From Laetmonice hystrix (Eukaryota), in assembly GCA_965235115.1 (NCBI GenBank), contig OZ249439.1:12400001-12464000 (forward strand): a DNA stretch of 64,000 bases, given 5' to 3'. The notes under the pieces were generated by a model, which worked only from the letters and a program-made list of their open reading frames with translations, had not been told where the DNA came from and searched no databases. Of the stretch, positions 1-11,395 are shown in pieces. Each line of letters opens with the position of its first letter. The first letter of the stretch is position 1. A program made the translations under genes and the position numbers.

Positions 1-1817
1 TCAAACAACTAGAACCCTCACTCAAAATAAGCCTGGTGGAGCCCTTCCCCTTCAAAAACTGTATGGACGACCCCTAACACTCCATCCCCATACATTGGAA
101 TCCCTCAGATATAGTACAGTTTGGAAAGTCACTAATTTGTCTGCACACAATAAGCATTGTCTTCTCAGACTTTTGAAGCCTTATACAAATATTAGGGACT
201 GCTTCACCTCTTAACTTCTCATCCTTTTGCGAAATGCGAACCAGATTATAGGTGATTTATCATCATGCCTCGGGGGCCCTTATTTTCCCTCTTTAGCAGA
301 TAAAACGGCGTTTCTGGTATATAGTCGCCTGGTAAATAGGTAACTAGACCCCAGGTAACCAAAGACAGGATCCGTATTACCAACGTCCGTAAAGTTCTCG
401 AGGTGTTTCTTACAGACACTCCCATAGACGGGTACGAGGTGTCGAGGACGGCCATTCGTACTAAATACACTAAGAACACAGTGCAGCAATATAAACCGCA
501 CAGATTCACCACAGGAAACGCAAATGTTTCCAATATTTCACGCTTTCTTTTTTTTTCTTCTTCTTTTCTTTCTCCCCTCGTTCTCATTTTTATTGCAAAG
601 CTCGCCGATTGAAAGGGAGAATTTAATGGCACTGGAGAAGTGAAATGTTGTCCACTAATTAACGGAAATCGATTGCCAGTAAACCTAATCTGAAATGCCT
701 ACAATTTAATGAACCCATTGTAGTAACAACAAAACAGGCACGACCAGCATGTATACACTGTGTTTATCTTTTGTCCATCAACTTTGGTTTGTATTTTCAC
801 GGCTTTGCGAGTTTGCTGTCGGCAGTAAACAAACGTGAGATGGTGGTGGCCGGTTAGGCCGCGGGTGGGCGGAGGGGGGGGGGGATTCCTGGTTGTCGGT
901 CTCTCAGCCATGGTGATAACAATTAACAAGCCACACTCCAAGCAAGGTGTCTGCAATCCAGACAAGGGACCCATCTCACACAAACAGTCGGCCGTGATGA
1001 TGGCACCTGCCAGTAATGACCGTTAACACATCAAAGGCTGCTGCTAATACCTGGCAGATTATACCTTTGAAGGCGCCTCTATGAATCCAACAGATCGTCA
1101 TGGTTATTGTGAATAGGGGATTATAGAGTCTATCTGCCCTAATCCTCATCTCGTGACTTGATAATAGAAGCAATGATACGGTTCTTGGAGCGCAACAATC
1201 AAACATACCCAAGCTGTCCATCCAACATCTAATTGCAGTTTACTGTTAAATCTCTAATTCTACGTTCTTCCTATTTCTTTCCTACCCTTCCACAGAAACG
1301 ATTTGTCTCTATCGCCCTTACAGACATATATGTGGAGAATATGCTTTATCAAAAAAATCCCATTATGCACTATATTATCCTAGCGGTTATTATGGCGGGA
1401 CTTGAACCCTGAGTGATCTACACTGCCCAAAGACTTACCTGTCATCTTCTTATCATTGGACATTACGGCAACATAAACACAATGTACTCAGAAAAACAAA
1501 GGACTGTTTAGTACGTGTATGTGGAAATTATCTTCCAATCTTTATGTTGTGGCATAATAAATAAATTACACAAACACATGTACAGCATGGTAAAACAAAA
1601 TTATTAGTAACTGATTATCAGCACTGGAGAAAAAATAGACACCAGCCTCTGAAATAGGGTTTCTCTGAATTGCCTTGCAACCTAAAGTTGCTCTGAACAC
1701 CGAGTTATTTACACGCTGGAGTTAGACATTCACGTAAATATACAGTGTTAATCTGTGGATGTCATAACTCTATCCTTACATTTGTCTCCTCTCCGCTGTT
1801 TGATGGATTTCTCATGT

Positions 1818-1823
1818 TTTATT
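1818..1823 (-). promoter_or_regulatory. Candidate intronic polyadenylation signal
   Basis: AATAAA on the minus strand downstream of the read-through stop; no clear GU-rich downstream element. Confidence 0.3.
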
Positions 1824-1889
1824 CGGCAATGCACAGCTTTCCTTATTTCAGACGCTGTATATGTACACGACAGAAGGGCAAAAATGGGG

Positions 1890-2006
1890 TCAGGAGTAGT
1901 ATGAAGGAAGAGCCGGTAATGGTTTGTCGAGGCCATGGCCCGGAAACATGTGTGTGTATGTTAGTTCAGCACTGGGACATGCTCGAATCGGTGGTAGTTT
2001 CCTTAC
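1890..2006 (-). CDS. Possible read-through (donor-skipping) C-terminal tail of the protocadherin, 38 aa plus stop
   Basis: The frame stays open past the donor (VRKLPPIRACPSAELTYTHMFPGHGLDKPLPALPSYYS*, TGA at 1892-1890). AATAAA lies about 67 nt further downstream. No expression evidence. Confidence 0.35.
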   Translation of the reverse strand, partial: VRKLPPIRACPSAELTYTHMFPGHGLDKPLPALPSYYS

Positions 2007-2009
2007 CTC
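2001..2009 (-). promoter_or_regulatory. 5' splice donor ending the large protocadherin exon
   Basis: Minus strand GAG|GTAAGG, exon end 2007, phase 0; a typical position for the end of a protocadherin ectodomain exon. Confidence 0.8.
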
Positions 2010-4730
2010 GAGCGTTCGGTGGTCTATTGTAGAGGGCCATGACCGCTGCGACTTTTCAGGGGACCCATACTTCTCGTCTTCCATTTCAAGATTAAAGCTC
2101 ACTTCTTTTTTGGGTTTGTCTCTCTCATCCCCAGAGGAACAGTTACTATTGTGCATGCCGACTCCTTTGCCAGTGCAGGAGTCTTCACAGTCTTTGGGCA
2201 CCTCTCGAGAATGGAGCATTTTCAGCGCCTCCATCCTACAATTGTATTTTTGGTGGCGCCGCTCCAAGTCCTGTTTGCGGATACAGATAATGGCAATGAT
2301 AAGAATGACAACGACGACACCAGAAACACAGGCAAGGCTGATGACAATGGTAAAGTTATGACCAGTCAAGATATGGGGCTCGCTGACTGGGAAGGCAATA
2401 GATTTGTTCACCATGATATTCAAATTGGTGTTCACAGTCTTGGGCGGCTTGCCGTTGTCGGCAACCTGTATAGTCATCTGGTAGAGGAAGTAGTTTATTT
2501 CTTTGAGGTCTTTATTGACAGCGATTGTCCCCGAGGACGGGTCCATCTGGAAGGCTCCCTCCTCATTGCCAGTCAATATAACATAACTGAGGTTGCCATT
2601 GCGGCCATAGTCCCTATCGTAAGCCTGGACTTTGGTTATAATGTAGCCCATAGGAGCCCGGTTGGATATGTGAATTGTGTTGTTAAACTCTGACGGGAAA
2701 TCAAAGACAGGGGTGTTGTCGTTTTTATCAGCCACATAGACAGACACTGTGGCTGTACTACTCATTGGGGGCACGCCGCCATCTTTAGCGACCACAATCA
2801 GGTAGTATATGGCCTGTTCCTCTCGGTCCAGTTCCACCTTTGTAATAATCCTCCCTGTGTGCGGGTCTATTTCAAATTTACTCATGGCATTGCGGTCCGG
2901 GGCAAAGGAAAACTCGAAGGCATTATATGGTGTACTATCGGCATCGACCGCGTGCACAAACCCAACCTCTGTACCAGCCGGCTCATTCTCATAAACTCCA
3001 AACGAATAGGTCGGGTTGGAGAACAGTGGCTGCTCATCGTTCACATCATTGATGGTGACAATAACCTGGGCACGCGACTTCTTCCTGGGCTGCCCCCTAT
3101 CGGCCGCTATGACATGAAAGCTGAGTTGTTGGGTGTGTTCCCTGTCAAACACAGCCCGGGCTGTGATCGTACCACTGGTTGGGTCGATCTGGAAGTAGTC
3201 GGAGGCGTCCCGATCTAAACTGTACCTGATCTCAGCATTCCTACCTTCGTCCCTGTCCGTGGCATTGGCCTGCACCACAAATATACCCATGTAGTTGTTC
3301 TCAATTAGGCTCGACGTATAGATGTCCTTGCTGAAGATGGGCCCGTTGTCGTTAACATCAGTTACAATCACCTTGATCCTCTTCACGGCCACCTTGGGCG
3401 GCTTGCCATGATCCATACAGGTTATTGCCAAGTTGTATTGCGACCTGATCTCACGGTCAAGTAACGCTTTGGTGACGATCTTGTACTCGCTTTCATAGAG
3501 TCTCTGAAGTTGGAAGTGGTTATCACTGAGGGAACAGTTAAACTGGCCGTTACGACCAGTGTCAGGGTCAGTGACGGTGATATGGGCCACGAATGTCTCG
3601 ATATCGGCGTCCTCAGCGATATCGGCCGAGTCGACGCCGGTGGCGGCCAGGGTGTTCACTTTGATCTGAGGTTCATGATCGTTGACGTCACGAACTCGGA
3701 TCACCACGGTGGCGTCCACAGGTAATGAGTCCGGGCCGCGGTCACGGGCCGTCACTGACAACGTGTATATAGGGTGTTTCTCGTAATCCACCTCACCCTT
3801 GACGAATATCTCGCCGGTAATGTTATTGATACCGAGTACATTGCCGTAGGTGGCTCGAGTCTGTGTAGAGAAACTGTAGAGGACGTCACCATACAGTCCA
3901 GCGTCTACGTCCTTGGCGTGGACGCGTCCTATAGTCGTACCAACAGGTACGTTCTCAGACAGCACGTACTCGTAGGTGGCGTTGTCAAACACCGGACTGT
4001 TATCATTGGCGTCTTGGACCGTCACCCATACTTGGACCGAGCCTGATTTAGGCGGGTCCCCGCCGTCATGGGCAACCACACGCATCTCATAGAAGTCCTG
4101 GACCTCCCGGTCTAACTCCCCTTGTAGCACCAGTAACACCTTGGTGGAACCATCCAGCTTCTCCTCCACATCCAACCGGAACATTCGGTCACTAGAGATG
4201 AGCTCATACCGCTGTATCCCGTTAGCACTACTATCTGGGTCGACAGCCGTGGGAATGACGAGCCCACTGCCCGGCATGGCCGACTCCAGGATCTTCTTTG
4301 ATATCCGTACATCCTCAAAGTACGGCATATTGTCATTGATGTCAAGGATCTGGATATTGACCTTGACAATCTCCAGGAACCTGGACGGGTTGGAGACAAG
4401 GACGACCACATCCAGGGCGATAGAACAGGTCGGTAACTGTGGACACGTACTGTCCCTGTCTATGCGGTCATCAGTCCGTATAATACCTGTCTCCTCCTCT
4501 AGGGTAAAGCTCCACATTGGCTGCGACAGCAGTCTGAAGCGTACCTGGCTGACGACGAAGCGGTCGTACTTGTCGTCGACGCCGGCGTCATGACGGACGT
4601 TGCCCACGAACGTGCCGGGATCCTGCTCCTCTCTCACCCGGTAGTTGATAGTTGTCGCCTCCTCGTCCGCCAGGGTGACCGCCAGGGCGACCAGCACCAC
4701 CCAAGCCAACACAAGTCCACCCAGAGCCAT
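2007..4730 (-). CDS. Protocadherin, delta-1 type (PCDH1/7/9/11-like, 7 extracellular cadherin repeats); large first coding exon of 908 codons encoding signal peptide, EC1-EC7, TM and proximal cytoplasmic tail
   Basis: ORF 1890..4745. The track start at 4745 is TTG; the first in-frame ATG is at 4730 in good context (ACGATGG) and begins a hydrophobic signal peptide MALGGLVLAWVVLVALAVTLA. There are six DxND[N/H/E]xP linkers (DINDNMP, DANDNSP, DVNDHEP, DVNDNGP, DVNDEQP, DKNDNTP), DRE/DYE and AxDxGxP Ca-binding motifs, the EC1 C-X5-C motif (CPQLPTC) and TM IVISLACVSGVVVVILIIAIICI. A consensus donor GAG|GTAAGG follows ...HRTLE in phase 0. One-to-one orthology cannot be assigned by eye. Confidence 0.95.
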
Positions 4731-4794
4731 CGTACACGCCACCAATACGTTGATCGTTCGTCAGCATGAAGTAATCATCCAAACGTCCGGTCAT
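4588..4794 (-). other. Overlapping upstream ORF (68 aa, out of frame) spanning the protocadherin start codon
   Basis: ATG at 4794 is 64 nt upstream of ATG 4730, in a different frame, and the frame stays open to 4588. Further uATGs at 4803, 4778 and 4767. Valid only if this 5' UTR is in the mRNA. Confidence 0.4.
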
Positions 4795-4895
4795 CTAGAG
4801 CATCACTGGCGATGGAACAACTCGTCAGGCTGTGCGGGTCAACGTTACGGGCACACACCACGTGATCCGCCTACTCTCAGTCACTGTTAGCCAAC

Positions 4896-4915
4896 CTGTA
4901 ATCAAACAGATATCA
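4896..4915 (-). promoter_or_regulatory. Likely 3' splice acceptor starting the large exon (exon 4895..2007)
   Basis: Minus strand ATATCTGTTTGATTACAG|GTTGG, AG at 4897-4896, 165 nt upstream of the ATG. Confidence 0.55.
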
Positions 4916-5887
4916 GATAAATAATGAGAACATGATGCTGTAGCATATAACAACGGTAACATACACCATTCGGAACGACTGCCAACTGTCTTCACTGTTA
5001 GCCCCTTTGATATGCTCTCCGAATAATGCCGGGTAGTAATCACACACGTGCCTGACATTTATAAGATATGACAGACTAACGTTGGCTGAGCAAATATCCC
5101 CGACATATAACAAACATAAGCAGGCACCTTTAACTGGTAGAACATTATTCCACAAAGGGCTTTTGTCTATAAGTCCAGAAGAGATGCCTCTCCACTATAG
5201 ATAAAACATGGAGAGTTGTTAGGCTCGATATAATAGACGAATATTCTTTTATCTGAACCATTAAAGTGCATGCACAACATGTTTGGACAAGAAATCACTA
5301 ATTGGCTGATATTTTATCAACGGTAACAATTCACAGAATGTTTCTGTAACAGTTCAATCCCTAACCAGCCTGTTTAATTATAGCCACAGTGTCGGCCTCC
5401 ATCCCGCCTTGTCGTGGTGAGAAGAGTATAACTGTGGAATAAAATGGCGCCGTCCTCGAGCGGCCTGCTGGTCTGGCAGTCAACCGTATCATCTGTCAAC
5501 CAAACCATCACCTACCTCTACCTACTCCGTCAGTTTTCCATTCCCGGATATTTTGTACAGACTCGTGCTCACTGACTGCTTCGTTTAGTTTCCAGTTCTG
5601 TCCAGTAGAAGACCCCAGGCTGGCATGCCTACAGACCATGTATGTGTTGACTGTCTGCAGACTGTCGGTGTTCTGAGATGGTAGGTTACTGATGAACCGA
5701 CGCACACTTAACGCACCTACTGGCCCTACTCAACCCTGCCAGCCACCTAACCCCTTTACCCTGCCCCCTCGAACCACACCAGGTAATTATAAAAACGCCC
5801 TCCGCCAATCACTGTCCACTTAACCGTATAGCCGAAGGCCACGACATCAGTTTTTACTTTCCTATCACAAACAATCACTTTGCTTAC

Positions 5888-6036
5888 CCTAGCTTCTCCT
5901 GGTACGGGTTGGAGTAGAATAATCCAAACTGCTGAATCTTTCAGATTTTAGCACTTCACGGGAGGTCTTACTAACAAAGAATCGGAGAATCGTCAGCAGG
6001 TTTACTTCGTAGGTTGAAGTACAAATACTTGTCGTC
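5888..6036 (-). other. Possible optional 5' UTR exon (149 nt)
   Basis: Acceptor TATTTTACACAG|G at 6037 and donor AGG|GTAAGC at 5887; could be a chance pair. Confidence 0.2.
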
Positions 6037-6458
6037 CTGTGTAAAATATTGGCCGCTCCTCAGTAATAGTCAAACATGAATGAAGCATCTGTCAGGTTTG
6101 ACCAGCCAAGGAAGGGTCGCATCTATGTTGATTAACTTGGTGCCACCCAGCAAGCACTCTGCAATAGCTTTTATATGCAAATCTTTTCCCGTTGGTTGCG
6201 CTATGTAGCCTAGGCGTGGCCAGTGGAGCGTGACTGTGTGCCAATCAAACAGCCGCGTGGTGTGGAGGGGGCTGGACGTGGCCTGTGGTTCTCACTCACA
6301 GACAACAGAGCCCACCGTGAATCTTCCCATTCCTGGCTGGTATTGTCCGCGTGGCAAACACTCAAATTAACCCCTCCTTTGTGGGTCGTTTACAGGACTC
6401 CACCACCAAACACTGTCAAATGCTCAAATAGAGTGGCAGGTCAAACAAAACTACTTAC

Positions 6459-6567
6459 GTCTGTAACGGTTTCCGACCAATTCGCTTCCAAAGTTTCGCT
6501 CTAACCTTCCCTTGGCCTGCTCTATTCACTCTGAACTGTACTGTCTGTACCACAGTACTTAAATACT
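6459..6567 (-). other. Predicted non-coding first exon (109 nt, no ATG)
   Basis: Runs from the predicted Inr to the donor GAC|GTAAGT at 6458-6453. Confidence 0.35.
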
Positions 6568-6709
6568 GACGTTTGGAGTGAGCGTTACCAACTTATAACT
6601 GTGGTCGCTCCCTGGCGGCCTCACAAACAGGGAGGAGGAGGCCCTCTAGTCCGAGATCACAAGGCCCGCAGGAGGCGCGAAATACATCGAGCAAGTGGCT
6701 TTATCGATA
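6562..6709 (-). promoter_or_regulatory. Candidate protocadherin core promoter
   Basis: Minus strand Inr-like TCAGTA (A +1 at 6567) with TATAAG starting at 6597 (-30). CTCF-like CCGCCAGGGAGCGA at 6618-6605, E2F-type TTTCGCGCC at 6682-6674, DRE palindrome TATCGATA at 6702-6709. Confidence 0.45.
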
Positions 6710-9700
6710 CCCTGAAAAACATGCTCGATGTGTGCAAGCACTGATCTTTGAAGTCTTCCAGTCGTCAAAAGGACCTGCTTTTACAAATCCGTCTCCTCAA
6801 GAACAAAATCCACTCGGGTAAAAACTGACGTTTCTCTATTCCCTGCTTGGTTTTCTCCCCTCGCTAAGCTCCCAGTGTGACTGATCAAGCAAGCCAGAAG
6901 AGGCGTAAGAGTTTACCTAATTGGGCATAAGCCTCCTCCCTTGCCCATTCAAGTGGCCTTGGGGGGTTTACACCCTTACCTTTGATAGCACTGTATCAGC
7001 TTCCGTGAAGGTTGAAAAGCTCAAATCCGCTCTTCAAGATGTATCAGAAGTGAGAGTTCCTTTTCACTCCGGAAACCAATGTAGTAACTGTGAACAACGG
7101 ATGGATAGAGTCTAACGTTCGATCATTACCAGACTGTATTTATAAAAAGTCTACAAGTGTGTGCGCACACGCACACACAGGTCTGAACCCAGTGTCATGC
7201 ACACCGACCCGAGCAGGATCACTGACCTTGGAGACCTAACAAAGGCAAGCGGATCCTAAAAATAATGATGTTACATGAACAACTGTCGCACTGCATGACA
7301 GCAACGACAGTGAGCCTCTGACACTGCGCCACATTGGAGAACGTTTAGACGACGGCACCAGATTTTACTTTGTAACCAATGCCAATTCGTCAGCTGGATT
7401 TGTCTTGATATCCTTCTATTGTTTAGGAAAGCATCCCATGGTGATTCTCAATAAAGTATATCAATTACGATTCCCAGTACCAAGTCCTAACCCCAGGCGG
7501 CCACCACAGGGAACATAATTTGCCCTTTGAACTCCCCGTTCTGGCAGCGAGCTCTTGTTTAATTAAACAAGCGCCACAACTGGCAGGAAGCTGTCGCGGA
7601 ACCGTGTTCTGTGGCCGCTAACGAAACGCTCACTCTCCGCCTCACATCTCATAAATCCACTTTCACGGCCCGGGCTCGGACTTTTTTCTTCGATATAAAA
7701 GAAATTGATTAGGACTCTTTCAGTGACATGTTTCAGTGAGTGGAATTGATGGCATGGCTGTATAATCGATGTAACCAGTGGGAATTGCTGGGTACATTTC
7801 TTCGAGTGGCCCTAGAAAGTTTACCCCGCTGACCCGAACTCTCCTGTGGGGTCACTAATGTTATGAAGTAAACATCAATGTGTAATATGTCAATAATTTC
7901 AAAGTATCATGTGGCAGCTGAGCCTTGTTTACCCCTTCGTTCATATCCCCATTCCCCCTCACCACCCGGTTATTTACCCCTAGCGTCCACATTCCCCCGC
8001 CTCCGTGTAGCTCTCTCAACTCCCCAGTGCTCCAAAAGCGGGCCCCTTTAGACCAACCCCAAGGCTCGATTTACATATAATCTGTTCTGTTTGGGGCCTA
8101 TCGGAGCCTACTCCCCAAGCACTGAAGCCTTCTCCCCGAGTGGCCTTCCCACAGAAAGCGACTGAGCCCAGTCGTTTATATCCATTGTAGGAGAACCGTT
8201 TGTGTCCTGGTATTGAGATAATGTGGGCTCGTCAATAGCACCATGATATAACCCAGGTTCCTGTAGGGAGACCCTGGGAGAGGGATACTCCCGTCTTTAT
8301 CGGCGTCCACCCCAGCCTGCACACATTCCATTCAATCAGATTCTTCTACTTCATCCCTCGGAATGATCCCACAGCTATAAATAGCACATCGATACTTCAT
8401 GTATTGGAACACGATCATTACTCTCTAAACTGTTGTCCATGGTCAATATTGGTTGATAGCAGATACCAATGGCAAATATGGTCTTACCTCACGACCGATT
8501 ATTCCGCTAGAATTAGCCTTAAGTCTCTCGGAACACTCACTCCATCTACCCCCTCCTCCAAACAGATCAGGGTGACCCAAATATACGCTGTCAGTCCATA
8601 GAGTTTCGAAACTAGATTGAGTTTTGAGTATGCAATATATTCCAAAGAGAATACTGTTTAAATAGATATATGCAATGATACGTGCTTCAAGTCTTTATTT
8701 CTATTATGCCCCAGTAAATTGATGAAGGAATTAAATGTTAAATAGCGTAGTTAACAAATCGGACTGGGAGAGAGAAAAAAGCAATTCGCGGATCGACACG
8801 ATTGGCTGGTAATGGCTGTGGGGCGTGAAGTCCAGGGCCACTACGACAACACTTCCCATACTGTTAATGGTGACGTATGGCACGCAGACAGGCAAGCCTT
8901 GATATCATTTTTCCTGCCATGTGGCTCTCACAATACAGTTTGATCCCACCTCACTGGTAGTTCCACACTCATCCGCTCACACACAGGCCTCAGAGTCCAC
9001 CTACCGCCCCCTTTAAAACCACCCACATTTAATCTTCACAAATTGCCATTGTGCCCCCATTTTCTATTACTGGAACCTTTCAGAGTCGGGGTCTGTGAAA
9101 TTACCATTGGCGTAGTTTGCCCCACCTCCGCTATCATATCGCTGCAGATCTTTTGTCTGGTCCGTTTATTTGCATGCTTATCGTGGTCTATCAACGCTAT
9201 AAAGGTGTGCTGGGCAGGCACCTCGGCAACCATCCGTCAAAACCTTGGAAACTACCCGACTCGACTCGAGGCCGACCCTGAAGGTTGCTATCCGGAACCA
9301 CCTTTCTCCACAAGGACGAGGTGGGAAGGCATCAACATATCATTTCCATCAAGGCTCGCCCAGATTTCCATAACTGTGATTGCCGCAGTTGTTTTTGGCG
9401 TTTTTTTTACTCGGACATGGTTGTTATAAACACCTGCACTGACGGCGGCTCCTTACACTGGGCGCCTCAGAGAATTGGCTGCCGTCACCCCGGCGGGAAG
9501 GCTAACAGCCTCGGGTGAATCGTAACGAGTCGTAGAGTACACCCAAGTGTTTGTAATTTGGTTTCTTCACCAGTTTCATGTCAGTTGTGTCATTGCGACT
9601 GGTGATTTCTGACTACAATAAAACAGGTTCGCGCTCCATTACCATTTAAACCCTACTTTTATGGATTCAGCATTATTTCTGTGCGGCAGCTGGATGTCCA

Positions 9701-10036
9701 ATCTGGGACACAACCAGGGCTGTAAATGCTAATCTGGTACCCTGGTGCACTGACTGACACAGAACGGTGCCCTGGGGTAGTAGTCACAGTGCTCAGACCC
9801 GTCCCTCTCTAGCCAATACTGCCTGGTGACGCTCTGCCGCACGCCAAACGTCGACATCGTACCCTACCTGAACACCTCCCATTGACCGCCCTCAAGGGCA
9901 GGATCACCTTTCAGTTCCATCCCTGGCTGTGGACCCTTCTTGTCTCTCTCTCCTCCCCGGGGGGAGTCATCACCAATAAATTGGGCCTTTGTTAGATGAC
10001 GACAATCATCCACGTGCTCAGCTATCTCTCCCATCA

Positions 10037-10073
10037 CCCCTCCCACCCCCTCCCCTCCCACCCCACCCCACCC
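10037..10073 (-). other. G-quadruplex-forming G-run cluster (C-rich on plus strand)
   Basis: CCCCTCCCACCCCCTCCCCTCCCACCCCACCCCACCC: eight runs of 3 or more C separated by single bases. Confidence 0.55.
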
Positions 10074-11395
10074 GCTGTCTGTGGGAGCCTACACAACACC
10101 GGGGTTATATCTCTCCGTACATCGGCAAGGAGCTCCCCCTGATTGAAAAGTCTCCCCACTCCTATTTCACTTGGCCCCCCTGCTGACGCCCGAAACAGTG
10201 GCTTTAATGATAAGGTACCACTGTGCCCTGCGTGGCTGGGTTTTAATAATAGAAAAAAACCCTGATGAAATGCTCTCTCCAAACACCCTGTGTCTCCATA
10301 GAATCATTGTCTATCAATGCATGCCGTCTTAGTACAGGTTAACTTAAATAACCCTCTCTAAAAGAAAACAACACAATGGACATTCACCGATGCATTGTGG
10401 TGACAAAAATGTAAGGTAGAAGTCTAAATAACCTGGTCTCAAGAGTTTCCGTTGTCAGCTTAAAAATGCTACAGTTGCGTTCATTCTGACCATATCAGGT
10501 ATCCATGGATTGTGCTAGTTTCGTATTAATGGGTTTTTACATTATTCACTCAGTCTAGCTTCCACAGCACATTTCCACGGAATAAGACAGCTGCCAGATT
10601 TAAGGCACTTGAAACCTTACCTAAGCTTTCGGCCTGTCATCTTTGTGAGAATTATTCTACCTCTTTCCAACAAAAGCTGGTCAAAATCCTGCCCTCTGTG
10701 AAGTATCAATTTACAGACTATACTCAGTGCATTTCCTTTCGGAGTCTCCTTTTTACAGCCATGACAAGGGCGCCGCATGACTCCTGTATACGTGTCATTA
10801 CAAGTCATAACCATTAGTTTAATCACACCCACAAATACTTTCTATGGCTTGGTTGTTGTCCTCTTGCTTGGCCATAGAAATGTGTCATATTAGAAATGAG
10901 AAAACCACCAAAATGCTTCAGTTGGTGAATAGCGTTGATGAAGACCACAAGTAGATGTTGTCACATAAATCACGCCGCCCGCTGACACAGAGCTGTGGGC
11001 CTCAGTCAGACATTACCATTTCACAACGATATGATATTATATAGTCGCAGCTAAACAGACAATACTGCTGTAGAGCCATTCTGGTGGCAACAAACCAGCA
11101 GAATCCCGGTGTATAATGCCGTATTGTAGTCATATATACAGGGTCATCATATACTTGATATCGAGACATAATCATTATCCTCGGACTTTCTATATACCTG
11201 CCGTTAAGGAATCATGCTGCATATATATGTGCACGGAGGTAGGCCTTGAACGGGGCCGTCACCATGAGGTCTCCAGGCCGGAGTGGGGGAGGGGGACCAA
11301 GGCTAGACCCCGACTTACACCTGGCCAGCTTGGCACGTCTTCACCCACCGACCTCAACAACACTACCGACTCTTCCTGGTCGTGGAATTTTTAGT

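Noticed and set aside
699-1026. ORFs downstream of the large exon as further protocadherin coding exons
   Set aside because: No convincing phase-0 acceptor plus open frame plus donor, and no conserved cytoplasmic motifs; the poly-proline derives from a G homopolymer.
1397-1408. tRNA B-box-like GGTTCAAGTCCC (minus strand); a similar GTTCGAATCC lies at 33945-33954
   Set aside because: No A box at the proper distance and no cloverleaf; insufficient for a tRNA or SINE call.
4731-4745. TTG start at 4745 given by the ORF track
   Set aside because: Eukaryotic gene; the ATG at 4730 has good Kozak context and directly begins the signal peptide.
1924-4890. Plus-strand and alternate-frame ORFs overlapping the protocadherin (e.g. 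2151..2693, 4141..4593)
   Set aside because: Shadow ORFs caused by the codon bias of the real CDS; no recognisable domains.
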